NCBI RefSeq assembly: GCF_037042905.1
Contig: NC_087250.1
Location: forward strand, 6,572,001 to 6,636,000
DNA: 64,000 nt
DNA from: Lytechinus pictus
Taxonomy: Eukaryota
Direction of reading: 5' to 3'
How positions within the stretch are numbered: position 1 is the stretch's first letter; each line of letters starts with the position of its first letter. The translations under genes and the position numbers were made by a program. The notes under the pieces were generated by a model. That model searched no databases. It was given only the letters and a program-made list of their open reading frames with translations, and had not been told where the DNA came from. Positions 1-12,841 of the stretch are shown here, piece after piece.

Positions 1-1150
1 GCGCATATCCAAATTGTGATTCGTATTTTGAGTTCCGCGAGTTGATGTTATTTATACCACTGGATGTACTGAACTACATAGGCCCTTCAAACTAGAATTT
101 AATGAAAATGAAAATAACATGCTGAACTGCATACTTATCAATGTTTAGCTTGGGATCATTGTACTAACCTTGGTGTGATTGTGAGATGAGAGGGTGGCCA
201 CTCATGTGTATACTTTCAAAAATGACCCCAAGCTAGGATTCACCAAAAGTGGTCAAATTTACCCCAAACAAGGATTTTAATTGACAAAAAACACCCCAAA
301 CAAGGGGTAAAATACCATGTGATCACAAGGTGTGATTGCGCCAGTGAAATGACTAGAATCTATGAATAAGTGATGTAATGTGTGGTAATTGAGTTGTATT
401 GCCTTTTTACAATTGAAGTGTTACAAATAGCAAGTTTTACTTTTACTGATGGAATTATAATACACGGCAAGTTTAAATTTAACTGATATTACTGCAAATA
501 GCAAGTTTGAATTTAACTGATACATTATTAGGATTTGATTAATTTCAACTTTGAATTTAACTGATAGAATGACAACTATTAACTGATTAAAAAAAATGAT
601 GTAACTGATAGAATTGTAAATTATAGCAAGTTTCAGTTTAAGAATTGGTGTGACCCTTGGTACATTGCTGTTTGCTGACAAAGCATTTTTCAGATGTTGG
701 ACTTGCAGCTACTGCTCCCGAGTTGCAATAGAGTTACATAGAATGTGTAGAAGTGTTTCTTTGAAATAGTTACAAATAGAATTTTATAGAGGGAATTTTC
801 CAAAAGGTCCTTCCTGTTCAAAAACCCAATGTAAATACATTAATATGACTTTAAAATGGTACATGTGTAAAACCCATTGAAATGAGCCCGTTACATAGTG
901 TTTATGGATCGATCAGCAATACAGCTTGATTGGTGGCGAACACTATGAGGCGCCGAATGTACCAATATTATATAGAACAATTATTTGTTATATAATCATT
1001 ATTTATTAAATAATAACTATTATTTATATATAATTTACATTTTATTTGTAAATAACTACTATTATATAAAATATCATTTCTAATTATTTATATATAATTC
1101 CAAGTAATACTTCATTATTTGTAAATAATAATAGTTCGACATTCCATTAT

Positions 1151-1475
1151 TTATAAATAATGATTATTTGTTTTTCATTATTTATAAATAATGATTATTT
1201 GTTTTTCATTATTTATAAATAATGATTATTTGTTTTTCATTATTTATAAATAATGATTATTTGTTTTTCATTATTTATATATATAATGATTATTTGTTTT
1301 TCATTATTTACAAATAATGATTATTTGTTTTTCATTATTTATAAATAATGATTATTTGTTTTTCATTATTTATAAATAATGATTATTTGTTTTTCATTAT
1401 TTACAAATAATGATTATTTGTTTTTCATTATTTATAAATAATGATTATTTGTTTTTCATTATTTATAAATAATTT
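1151..1475 (+). repeat. 31-bp tandem array in the left foldback arm, mirrored at ~3135-3460
   Basis: Unit TTATAAATAATGATTATTTGTTTTTCATTAT, ~10 copies. The array contains the 20-bp palindrome TCATTATTTATAAATAATGA once per period. Confidence 0.95.
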
Positions 1476-2531
1476 GTTGAGTTTTCCATTATTTATAAAT
1501 AATGATTATTTGTTAAATAATGAAAACGTCTACTTCATTATTTATAAATAATTTTTTCGAGTGCACCATTATTCTCATTATTTATAAATAATCATTATTT
1601 AATGTTCGAGTTTTCCATTATTTATAAATAAAGATTATTTGTTAAATAATGAAATATCTACTTCATTATTTATAAATAATAATTTTGTTTCAATATCCCA
1701 TTATTTATAAATAATCATTATTTATAAACAATTTTTACAGTTTGCCATTATATACAAATAATCATTATTTATATACAAATAACCATTATTTATTAAATAA
1801 TGCCATTATTTATTAAATAATGGAAAACTCGCTATAACATGCAAATGTGGGACCGCCCATGATATGAATATTCATGATGCGATTTCCTTTTTCGTGATTT
1901 TTCTTCACAAATTTTTGTCCATTTCCTCTTCATAATGACATTTCTTGAAGCAATTTTCTAGGGATATGGTCTGATTGTAATATTCTTCATTTTCTATATA
2001 ACTTCGTCTTCGTAGAAATATCAAAAAGTGTAATTTTATACGATTTTTCCTACAGTTCACAATCCCCATAGGCGCGCGTGTACGGTAGGGACAACCGGTG
2101 AATCGACGGAGTGCTCTTCATCGAAATACTACGTTGGTTGGTCCCCGGAAGTGGCGGGCGGAATTTAGCCCGAATCCTCGATGGAAGTCGATCAAGTGCA
2201 TATGAGCTGAGAGAGTGAAATATCAGTGTACTTGTACAGGCCCTTCTACTTTTTATAAATATTTCTTGTTGCTTTTTTTGTTAAGTTAATTTTTCCTGGT
2301 GTAGAAATAAGTTTCAGTTCTAATAATGCACTTCAAATACATTTTGGAGTGTCTGTTTGAGGCGTTTGGGGCGATTTCACCCTGGCCCCAAAATGCTCGC
2401 AACGACAATACGGGGGCATGATGACCCCTAAATTTTTAAAAACTTATTTTTCTATTGAAAATTATCACAAAATTCACCAAAAGTGTGCACGAAAGCCTTC
2501 GTATTTCACTTTTAAAACTCCGAAAAGTGCC

Positions 2532-2812
2532 CAAATGACAAGCTTGGTCGCTTCGCTGTGTCGCTTTCAACTTGAGAACGTTTACGCGTCTGCTCCCCCC
2601 CCCCCCCTCCTCCGAAAGAAATTCTGTATACGGCCATGCTCTAAAGAGCCTGGCACATTGATTTATGTATACTTTCATTTTCATTATTTTTATCTCATTA
2701 TCAACATGGCCTTACGCAGAATTTTTTCCAGGGGGGCCGGGGTCGGAGCATGACGCGCGTAAACTTTCTCATAAAAATCTTGAGAAAGCGAAGCGACCAA
2801 GCTTGTCATTTG
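2532..2812. repeat. Nested inverted repeat (two MITE ends facing each other) in the foldback core
   Basis: CAAATGACAAGCTTGGTCGCTTCGCT (~2532-2557) pairs with AGCGAAGCGACCAAGCTTGTCATTTG (~2787-2812). ...CTGTATACGGCCATG (~2638) pairs imperfectly with CATGGCCTTACGCAG (~2705). Confidence 0.75.
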
Positions 2813-3959
2813 AGCTAATAATGGTTATTTGTATATAAATAATGATTATTTGTATATAATGGCAAACTGTAAAAATTGTTTATAAATAATGATTATTTAT
2901 AAATAATGGGATATTGAAACAAAATTATTATTTATAAATAATGAAGTAGATATTTCATTATTTAACAAATAATCTTTATTTATAAATAATGGAAAACTCG
3001 AACATTAAATAATGATTATTTATAAATAATGAGAATAATGGTGCACTCGAAAAAATTATTTATAAATAATGAAGTAGACGTTTTCATTATTTAACAAATA
3101 ATCATTATTTATAAATAATGGAAAACTCAACAAATTATTTATAAATAATGAAAAACAAATAATCATTATTTATAAATAATGAAAAACAAATAATCATTAT
3201 TTGTAAATAATGAAAAACAAATAATCATTATTTATAAATAATGAAAAACAAATAATCATTATTTATAAATAATGAAAAACAAATAATCATTATTTGTAAA
3301 TAATGAAAAACAAATAATCATTATATATATAAATAATGAAAAACAAATAATCATTATTTATAAATAATGAAAAACAAATAATCATTATTTATAAATAATG
3401 AAAAACAAATAATCATTATTTATAAATAATGAAAAACAAATAATCATTATTTATAAATAATGGAATGTCGAACTATTATTATTTACAAATAATGAAGTAT
3501 TACTTGGAATTATATATAAATAATTAGAAATGATATTTTATATAATAGTAGTTATTTACAAATAAAATGTAAATTATTTATAAATAACAGTTATTATTTA
3601 ATAAATAATGATTATATAACAAATAATTGTTCTATATAATAATGGTACATTCGGCGCCTCATAGAACACAAGTGAAGAAATTCATGTTTTAATTCGTACT
3701 TTTTCGATATGAACTGAAATTGAATTTGTTTTAAATTAATTAAGCAAATTGACTTCCATGTTATCCTGTAACTTATTCAGTATTAATGTACATCAGTGTA
3801 AAAAAATTGGGTAAACAGGAATGCAGATGATATGCAGCTTTTCTTGGGACAATTCATGTAATAACATCTAGGTGTCAGATGTGGTGTATCATATGCGTGT
3901 GTAAATGCCATCATTCCATGTGAATCTGATGCAGACACTTTGTAGATGGCATACAGATC

Positions 3960-4175
3960 TTCAATAGAGAAGATTCATCTTGACAAAACCAATATCAATT
4001 ACTGACCTGACAGTTTCGGCCATCCTGGTCGAAAGCCATCTTCTCTAGAGGGCGTTCCGACGAGAATTGGATCATAACTGTCAGGTCAGTAATTGATAAT
4101 TGGTTTTGTCAAGATGAATCTTCTCTATTTATGATGTCAATGCAGTCAAACCAGATGAATTTATTCAAGAAAAAA
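3960..4175. mobile_element. 216-bp Penelope-like retro-insertion with an internal inversion
   Basis: 11-bp direct repeat GCATACAGATC at 3949-3959 and 4176-4186. ~53-bp inverted repeat at 3963-4015 / 4076-4129. A-rich end. Hammerhead-like GGC...GCCGAAACTGTCAGG on the minus strand. Confidence 0.6.
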
Positions 4176-4799
4176 GCATACAGATCAGATATTTGGCCTA
4201 CTACCACATCATTGATCAATCAAGGTCAATTATTTGAAAAGCAAATTATAAAATCTGTAATGTCTTAATAATGTTAGAAAATGCTTCAGTGCTTTTCAAT
4301 TTGACAGTGTACTTTTTAGGATCAAATTTTAAATGTTACCACTCTTGTATTGCTATTTAGTGTTTTGGAAGCATCTAATATGTTCTTTATAAATAAATTA
4401 TTTGTTTATGCACAATAATCTTTTAGTTTTTGTGTCTAATTAATGTGTTAAGCTTACAAGTAGTCGGATACAACTAACCACTGAAGTCAAAATCTGACTA
4501 CATTGAAGTTGAAATTGACTACATTGAAGTGAAAGGATGGAGGAATGAAATGACCCTACTGTCTATTGCATTTGACCCCTTTTCATTTAAATGTAGTCAA
4601 ATTTTGACCTTTTTGTAGTAATTTTTTACTTCATTTGGGTCATTTGTTGACTACCATTGTAGTCAAAATCATTTGACTACATCTAGTGGGTCATAAATGA
4701 CCCCAATGGGTTCGGTGTATAGTTGACCCTGAGAATGGGGTCAAAAATGACTGTTATAGGGTCATTTTTGACTACCTATTTTTAAGTGTGTATATGCAG

Positions 4800-4966
4800 T
4801 TGTAGTAATACTAGTAGATATAGTAGTAGTAGTGGTAGTCGAAACAGAAGTACAGAAGTAGCAAAAGTAGCAGTAGTAGTAGTAGGAGCAGTAGTTGTTG
4901 TTGTAGAAGCAGAAACACAGAAACAACAAAATTAGCAGTAGTATTTAAGTAGTAGTAGTAGTAGTA

Positions 4967-4998
<32 letters not shown>

Positions 4999-5017
4999 AG
5001 TGTTAGAAGCAGTAGTG
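4800..5017. repeat. Compound (TAG)n/(TTG)n microsatellite
   Basis: Runs of agtagtagt and gttgttgtt. Confidence 0.9.
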
Positions 5018-8000
5018 ATTTATGTACTGATCATTGCAAGCTGTATGCCGTATTGCAATCAGTTCAAAAGGTATTGTAAAATTGCAATAGATAATGCAGG
5101 CCCTTATGACCATAATCGTCAAAAAACATTGTGTACACTACTGTGCACGTATAGGCACTCAGGATAGTGATCGCAGAGCAGGCATCTGTACATCCTGCTC
5201 CGATCACTTCATCCACTCACTGTTTATTTTATCCCAATTATTATATTTCGATCATTATTGTTCATTGAGCTCGTTGCTTATTCTTGCCAGATAAGGAAAG
5301 TAGCAAAACTTCCAGAAATGATCATGGTGCAATTTGTAAATACACCAACATTTGTTTTGTGTGTGCCGAATACAATTGTACAGAAAGTTGGAGAAGTAAA
5401 ATCACATGCATTTGTAGTGGTTAGAAATTAGAATAGACAAGCAGTCAGAAAGCCATGTTTGTCAATAGGTATGATATTTACGTACTATTTATTCATATAT
5501 CTTATGCAAATTAAGCAATTTCACAAATTTTGTTACACTCTCATGCATTGAGGCGGTTCGATACATTTAATGAATCTTGTATATTGTTTTAATATTCTGT
5601 GTAATGGCGTCAGATCATATTGTAACGAATGGTGTCTATACCGTTTGAATGAAAAAAAAAAAGAGTTGATACCTTACAAATCCCTAATTTAAAGAATAAA
5701 TATATATGTCATGAACGCATAATCATTATGTATGACTGAAAAGAGTATCTTCTCCCAAACAATTTAACACCATATTTATGTGGTTTGGCTTCATTCTTGT
5801 ATAATTAGTAAGTATGCTTTGCAGGGATATACACATTGATTTACGTCAAAGAAAGATATGAATGTGGTGAATGAATCCAGATTTCAATGATGTTATAATC
5901 CTACATGAACTAGTAAGCATACATGCTAACCCCTTTTCAATGAACTTGATACTAAAAAGTGTTTATTAAACAATCATGATATAAATTATTGAAAAACTGT
6001 TTTGAAACGGATTTTAATGCAACCCTTACATGATTATGACATCATTGAGATCTTGATTTGTTCATTGCAGTGTCGCTTTACTATGGCGGAAATCAAAATT
6101 TGCATCACTGCAAAGAATATCTCCTAATCATCCAACCGTTAAGACATAACTTATAGGTATGGTATCGAATTATTTATCAGAAAATACTCTTTCAGGCCTT
6201 ATGTAATAAGTATGTGTTTATGACATATTTTTCTTAAGATAGGGGAATTGTGAAGTGGGTTTGTTTGTTTTGTTTTGACTCACACGGTATAGCTCATCAT
6301 GATCATAAACACTGTTTCGCATTATAAATTGTACAAACGTGTTTAAACTGTTAAATACATATCTATCAAGGCTTACATTCACGTTTCTGCATGGTGTGTC
6401 AAGTTGTATGGATAATTGTTGAATGACGAAAATGTAAAAAAAAAAATTGAAATATAATATAATATTATAGCATAGATAAATATCATATTTTAGAATATAT
6501 CATAATAAAATTTAATAAAATGTTATTGATACGTCAAACAGGGTAAAGGTGTCATGGAAATTATAAGTCTTCTATTTATTCAGTACACTAAATGTTTCTT
6601 TTTGCATAGGGAATTTCGTTGAATTGTGATGGCGACAATTTTCTCACTTAATGAATGTGTGTACTTTATTCCAATTGAACTAATAGTTTCGGTTGCATTT
6701 AAACAATTCTGATATGATCGCACTTTAATGAAAGTAAGCCATTTTTCTTTATGTGCTTTTGGTGATTTAAAATCACTGCAATATAGTGGAATTAATAAAA
6801 ACAATACTTTATTTGTTTCTTCAGAATTTATATGTATGGATCCAAACCCTTCTGAAACTAACGTCTATACTCTAAGGAATTTTAGATAATTTTTCATGAG
6901 TTTTTTTCTATGTGTATATAACTACATGCTAGGTGGCTGGCCAAGTCCTTAGTGATCTTAACGCCAGGCAGCATTTACACGAGCCCTTTTGATTCGACTT
7001 TCAAAGAAATTATAATAGCATTTGACATAAACATTTTAACTTATAAATTCTGAACGATCAAAGTTCCCTATAGTAAAACGAATATCAAAATCGAAATGCC
7101 TGTCTATTTCGAGCCTCCCTGTAGCAATTTCAATTCCAGATTGTACTGACGTCATCATAGGTTGCGACTAATTGAAGCTGTTTTGGACTTTACTCCGACC
7201 ATAAGGCCCGTGCCGAACTTCAAATGACTGTACTTCTTGGAACTTTCAATTCTAATTGAAAATCAAAGCAAAAATTATTTTCAAAAGAAAAAGTTTTCCT
7301 TTTATCATTTATGTTTTACGTATGTTTTTATGTAAAATAGTATTAAGTTTATCATTATGTTGTGAAATGTTTGCTTATTGTTATGTAATGTTCAGTATTG
7401 ACCTACGTGTCCATGTGTATACTTTTGTTATTGAAATGAGTAATAAACCAATATGAAATCGAATAAATTAAATGAAATCAAAATTACTTGTTTTGTTACT
7501 TGGTACCACCATTATTGCGTTATGATTTTTTTTTTTTAGAATTAGTGCAATAATTTGTACAATTTCATAATAAAAATGTACATAATTGGTAAGGACAGTG
7601 TTTATTGCGTATTTTACCCCTCCCCTATATAATGTAATAAATTGAATTGAACAATATAGATTTCCGCCCAGAGCATGATCGGGTAAGGGTTAACATCATG
7701 GTGATGGGAAGGGATCCGCGCGAAATTGCAGGAAAATGTCATGTAATGCCAAGGACATTGACTTGTCTTAATCTATCTAGCGCAATTGCTTTGGAACCGC
7801 GCCAAACGTATTGAAAATAACTACTGCAAGTGCAACGTGTAGGATTTCCCGCCATCAATGTTATTTGTCGGCATTCCTCAAAAGAGACGAGGCATATAAT
7901 CTATTACCGTATGGCTAAACATAACGGCGCCAAACTGAATTTATATTGTGGTTTAAAGAATGATATTTAGTTTGACTAAGACGCAATTGAGCTGAAATTG

Positions 8001-8090
8001 CATTGGGTTGTGATTAGTCCGATCAACCACAACTATGGAAGGCCAGCAGTATAAACTTCTAAAGGTCAGTTTCGTTCAGAGTGTTTTGTA

Positions 8091-8510
8091 CAGCGAAATC
8101 TGTCAATAGTGACCATCCAATGCAAACACAAAATATGGCCCTTTTAGGGAGGTTCTGCTACACAGAATCTGCCTCCATTGGAATCGGTTTTAGTGGTCAC
8201 TACAGACAGATGGCTGCTATAGACAGGTCCTTATAATGCGCCTCCATTGGAATCGGTTTTAGTGGTCAATACCGACAGATGGCTGCTATAGACAGGTCCT
8301 TATAATGCGCCTCCATTGGAATCGGTTTTAGCGGTCAATACCGACAGATGGCTGCTATAGACAGGTCCTTATAATGCACCTTCCATTGGAATCGGTTTTA
8401 GCGGTCAATACCGACAGATGGCTGCTATAGACAGGTCCTTATAATGCGCCTCCATTGGAATATGTTTTAGTGGTGTAGACAGGTGGCCACTGACACAGGT
8501 TCACTCAGTA
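8091..8510. mobile_element. Tc1/pogo-like MITE carrying a 69-bp tandem array
   Basis: Degenerate TIRs (ta|CAGCGAAATCTGTCAATAGTGACCA ... TGGCCACTGACACAGGTTCACTCAG|ta). About 4.5 copies of a 69-bp unit GCCTCCATTGGAATCGGTTTTAG...ATAATGC from 8171. Confidence 0.7.
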
Positions 8511-9684
8511 CATGTCTCTTCGTCTTGACAAGTGATTCCTCTTTACACATAAACAACATTGAGCAAATTTTGTGTGTGAAAAAATAAAAACAATAATGAA
8601 TATTCATGTATTTTTAATTGATCGTATTAAACTCAGCTCTTTGTAATCCGGCAATGCGGGCCCCTGGTCTACATAGATAATCAACCATTAGTTCCATGGC
8701 CCACACCAGCTTTGTTTACTTAGGTATCATCCGGTTTGTCTACAACCATTCGGTCTACCAACAACTTGGTCCACTGCCATTTACCCCAAACTTTATTTTC
8801 TAATTTAAATGTGAGGTAGTAGCTATACCGTCTAATAACCACGTGGTCTAGAACAGCTGTTTTTAAATATTTTTCATATAACAACTTGCATAACAATTGG
8901 TAGACTAAGCGGGTATTATACCATTTGTACATTATACTGCATGGAAATTTGGTATTGTTAGATGGACTGTAGTTGGACCAAGCTAGAATCATTTTATACC
9001 CAATGGGTACATCTTTTATATCAAGGCTACAGTAGACCAACTGCTTGGAAACCAATAATGTATTAATATATATACGTTGTAAATGCTTTCCTTTTTTTTT
9101 CGTCTGGAAATCTAGCATGATCAGACCAAATTTATTGCAATATCGCGCGTATACCTGTCTAAATTGTTATCTGTCATTTATTCCAAATTTTTTTATTATG
9201 GGTTGCAATCCCATTAAACCTGAACAATTATCTTTTTGGTCTGATAACCACATCTATGGTCTCACATATGTTGAATCCATTTTCAATCAAGCACCCCCCC
9301 CCCCCCCCTTTCACTCACCTGGGACAAAAATAACTCACCAGTAATAATATACAAAATGTTAGTTTTTTCACCATGATTGGTTATTTGTATTTTTAGACCT
9401 ACCAGGATTTTTATTTATATTGACCATTTTCATCGGTCGGACAAATAATTTAAGAGTTTATGTAAGAGTCTAATGCAAACCATGATGGATAATAAATGAT
9501 TTGAGAAAGAGGCTTAATAACGTTTGGTATGCTCCAAGGCACAAAGCCTTAAGTCATCCTTTCAATCGAGGTCTGATCAATGATTTTATTTATTTACTCA
9601 TTTATTTATTTATTTACTCATTTATTCAAACCCATCAAAAACAGTTTAGAAACGTGAATTAATTTGGCCATTAATTTCTCCCAA

Positions 9685-10056
9685 CTGCCAATTTTACACA
9701 ATGCATGTTTTACATCATTCAAAATATCATTAACTTGCTTTAAAATGATTCCATGCTTGTTAAGATCATGCCATCATCAAAAGAGCAGGATTCAAAAGTG
9801 TTGAATGAGGTTTGAATTGAAAAGTTGCAAAAACGAGAAAAAAAAAGTTTGAAAATCTGAGTTTCGCCATTAATTTATATGAACTCCCAATTTTACACAA
9901 TGCATATTTGATATCATTCAAAAGATCATTTAATTTTCTTTAAAATGATGCCATGCTTGTTATGAACATGCCATCAGGAAAAGAGCATGATTCAAAAGTG
10001 TTGGATGAGGTCTGAATTGAAAAGCTGCAAAACGAACATTGTCATGAAGGGTTAAT
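9685..10056. repeat. ~150-bp direct duplication inside a TTAA-ended (piggyBac/Kolobok-like) element end
   Basis: AATTTTACACAATGCAT...GAATTGAAAAG(T/C)TGCAAAA occurs at ~9690 and ~9890. Ends in ...CATGAAGGG|TTAA at ~10052. Confidence 0.6.
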
Positions 10057-10799
10057 ACAGAACATGATTCTTTTGTCTGTGTCAATAGAGATGAAAATCC
10101 ATTTAAATCAAGTCCCTGCTTCTTCATTTTTTTAATGTTTTGTTGTATTTTATGTATGGTTTGAATCGTGGTTTGAAATACCCATGCATGACTGCGTGCT
10201 TGTTATGTGTTTGCTTGTGCAGAGGTGTGTTTGATTTAATGCTCGTGTTGATGTTAAGGTGCATGAAAACAAAAGAAACCGCTGAGAAACTCACTCATCA
10301 CCACGGAAAAAAGAACAGTGACTTCAATATGGTGTCATTTTGCAACTTTTGAATTTTGACTTTGCCCCACATTTAAAGGCACTGCACCTCGATGTGAACC
10401 ATAATCATATCATGTAGGTTATCATTTTAAAGAGAATTAAATGATCTATTTATTGATATTAATAAGAGAGGGATTATGCATCAAAGTCAGATTTCCAAAC
10501 TTTTTTGAGGAGTTTATTTAATCTCTATAGCGAAAAAGAGATATCATTGTGGCGAACTAGAGACTGACAAGTCAAGAAAATGATCCTACTGTTCCTATAT
10601 CTACCTACTTTCCCGCACAAGTACAATATCCCGAAACAAGTAAAAAAATGTCAAAACAAACGCATCATTGTAGAAATAAGCAGAATATGAAACCCATCCA
10701 GGGTCTTTTTTCTAGTGCGTCTGTATTGAATAATCATCCAAGCGTAAGGCCTAGCAAACCGACCCTGGATCAAGCCGCCGCTCTGTATATCAGTCAATT

Positions 10800-11115
10800 A
10801 TGATTGTTATTGAACACCATAGCGCGCGGTGCTCGCACCAGCGGACGCCAACCACCAGCGCGGACCCTGATTGGCCGGCGGCATCGGCCAATCACAGCAC
10901 GGCTCACACCCTAGTCGAGCCAGACAATAACGGGCAGCCGGGCACGCCGGCCCCTTGGCGATATAACCCGTGCGCTGTGCTCAGCGTCTTTGCTCAGTGC
11001 CTGACGAAGTCTAGCAGCTTGCAGACAAAACGTCGCTTTCCTACTACGTTTGATACATCGTGAGACAACTGGTTATTTATTATCCTTCACCACGATGAAC
11101 CTCTTCCACATCATA
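10800..11115 (+). mobile_element. Penelope-like element pseudo-LTR with a degenerate minimal hammerhead ribozyme
   Basis: GC-rich island containing GATTGGCCG...CGGCCAATC (CCAAT hairpin), GATATAA, then CTGACGA-A-GTCT...AGAC-AAAA-CGTC (11001-11034). This order is typical of PLE pLTRs. Confidence 0.65.
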
Positions 11116-11459
11116 CCAAAATCATCTTAGATCTAGTGGTAAAGGACAAGGGTCAAAGCATGGAACGATCATGTACATGTCGCTTTGAATGATATGGGTG
11201 CTGGATTGTAAAAAGTCAAAGATTCTCGATCAATAGAACATGGAAAGGGATTTTGTTAAAGATATACAGGGGGGAAATCATTTAAAAAAGGAGGGGACTT
11301 GGTTAGGAATAAGAGAAAAAAATACAAGCAAACAAAGAAGGGGTTTGTTCCAACAAAATAAAATTGATTTTGTTCAGAAAAAAATCAAAAGCATACACAC
11401 ACACACACAAACCCATCGGTCCCTAATTTATGGAGATTTTTTTCATTTCTTTACATTTT

Positions 11460-11985
11460 ACCATACAAACCCCCGTTTCCCAGGGCATGGATAATCCAGG
11501 CGTGAAAAAAAAAAGATCGAGGCAAAATAAAATGATTGCTCTACCGAAGTAACTTAAAAATGCAATGCCGAACCTGGGAATATATGCTTATTGTCATTTA
11601 AGTATTCAAGTGTAAACGTTGATGCCAATATCACAATCGTTTCGTGACAGCATCGACTGCTAAGCTTACCCTTCCGTTCTCTCAAATGTATTTAACCCCC
11701 TCCAACCCCCCCCCCCTTCACTCCCCATATTTCTTCTCTCTCTCTCTCTCTCTTTATATCTCTTACTGTCTACTCCATTTTTAAAAGTAAATTAGGCAAA
11801 GCTTTTATCAAAAGACAGGAATGTTTTAAAAGAAAAATGAGAAAGGTGCGGTTGAATGACGAAAATATTTGCACCTCGATTTCATTTCAAAAGTCCCCAC
11901 GATACGCCTGAAAATTCGTAAATAGCATTGTTAGGCAGATAAAGTAATAATAATATAACAAAACGCCTGACCGTGACGTGCAAAC
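11460..11985 (+). repeat. Local duplication, copy A (copy B at ~14005-14555)
   Basis: Collinear shared blocks: TTCCCAGGGCA..ATAA, ATG(C/T)A(A/G)TGCCGAACCTGG, CACAATCGTT, a (CT)n tract, CAAAGCTTTT, AAAACGCCT(G/A)ACCGTGAC. Confidence 0.8.
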
Positions 11986-12349
11986 AGACATACAAACTCA
12001 ATAACCATATACAAGGATGCAAGAATAGGACCTCAATGTGGGGCGCGGCTTGCGCGTCAAATTTCGGCACAAACATTTTTTTTGGCCAATGAAGAGGTTC
12101 CAAAAAAAAAAGTTGACAATATATTTTGACAATCCTCCCTCCCAATGATAATGTAGGGATAAGATCCCAGGGGCAAGTTATTTTGCAGAATCGTTTCATG
12201 TTGAGTATTACATATGTCCCCTCCAATTTTTTTTTGTTTTCAGGGGTGGGGGTCACATCATTTATATTTGAAGATCAAACCAAGGGTATCAGTTTTTGTA
12301 TTGGTGTGCTTATATTGTTATTAAGCATTGCAATGATTAAACAGCTCAG

Positions 12350-12475
12350 GGGCCCGTTGAAGGAAGATTTGCAATCAATCGCAACTTGATTTTCAACCAA
12401 TCAACAGCGCGCATTCGGGACTTGCGATTGATTTTTTGACTTGCATTTATACGCAACTCTTTCTGCAACGGACCC
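12350..12475. mobile_element. PIF/Harbinger-like MITE
   Basis: TIRs GGGCCCGTTG.../...CAACGGACCC with a 3-bp TSD CAG on both sides. Confidence 0.7.
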
Positions 12476-12841
12476 CAGATCCCTAATTGTCAGTTATGTT
12501 TCTGATATTTCATTAATATTTGCTTCAATAACCAACGAGTCTGAAGGCTTACTCTATAGTCATTTATCAAAATATAACCCTGTTAACTCATGATGCATTA
12601 ACAATGCCATAGCCAAGTAAAAGATGTAATAAAGATACATAAATCAAGTAGACTTCCAATATTAATAGTCTTTACTTTGGGAACAATGACTGACTGAAAC
12701 TAATCATACGATGAATATGATTCATGGATTTAATGAATAATATTATTTATTCATCTGTATGTTGTGTTATAATAGAATATAAGTTATAATTGCCAGAATA
12801 TGACACAATGTATGACAAAATAGTATTATGAAGATTTATAC

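Larger units (their letters stand above)
943..3664. mobile_element. Foldback (long-TIR) non-autonomous DNA transposon, 2722 bp, ~850-bp inverted arms
   Basis: Begins CTATGAGGCGCCGAATGTACCA (943) and ends TGGTACATTCGGCGCCTCATAG (3664). Arms ~943-1790 and ~2817-3664 are near-perfect reverse complements. Flanked by a 4-bp direct repeat AACA (939-942, 3665-3668), a probable TSD. No transposase ORF. Confidence 0.9.

Noticed and set aside
5135-5420. Possible transposase N-terminus (CKYTNICFVCAEY)
   Set aside because: Too short and degraded, with no downstream catalytic domain visible.
8171-8480. Regular repeats resembling a CRISPR array (also 1151-1475 and 15515-15810)
   Set aside because: Units are contiguous tandem copies with no unique spacers, there are no cas genes, and the context is eukaryotic.
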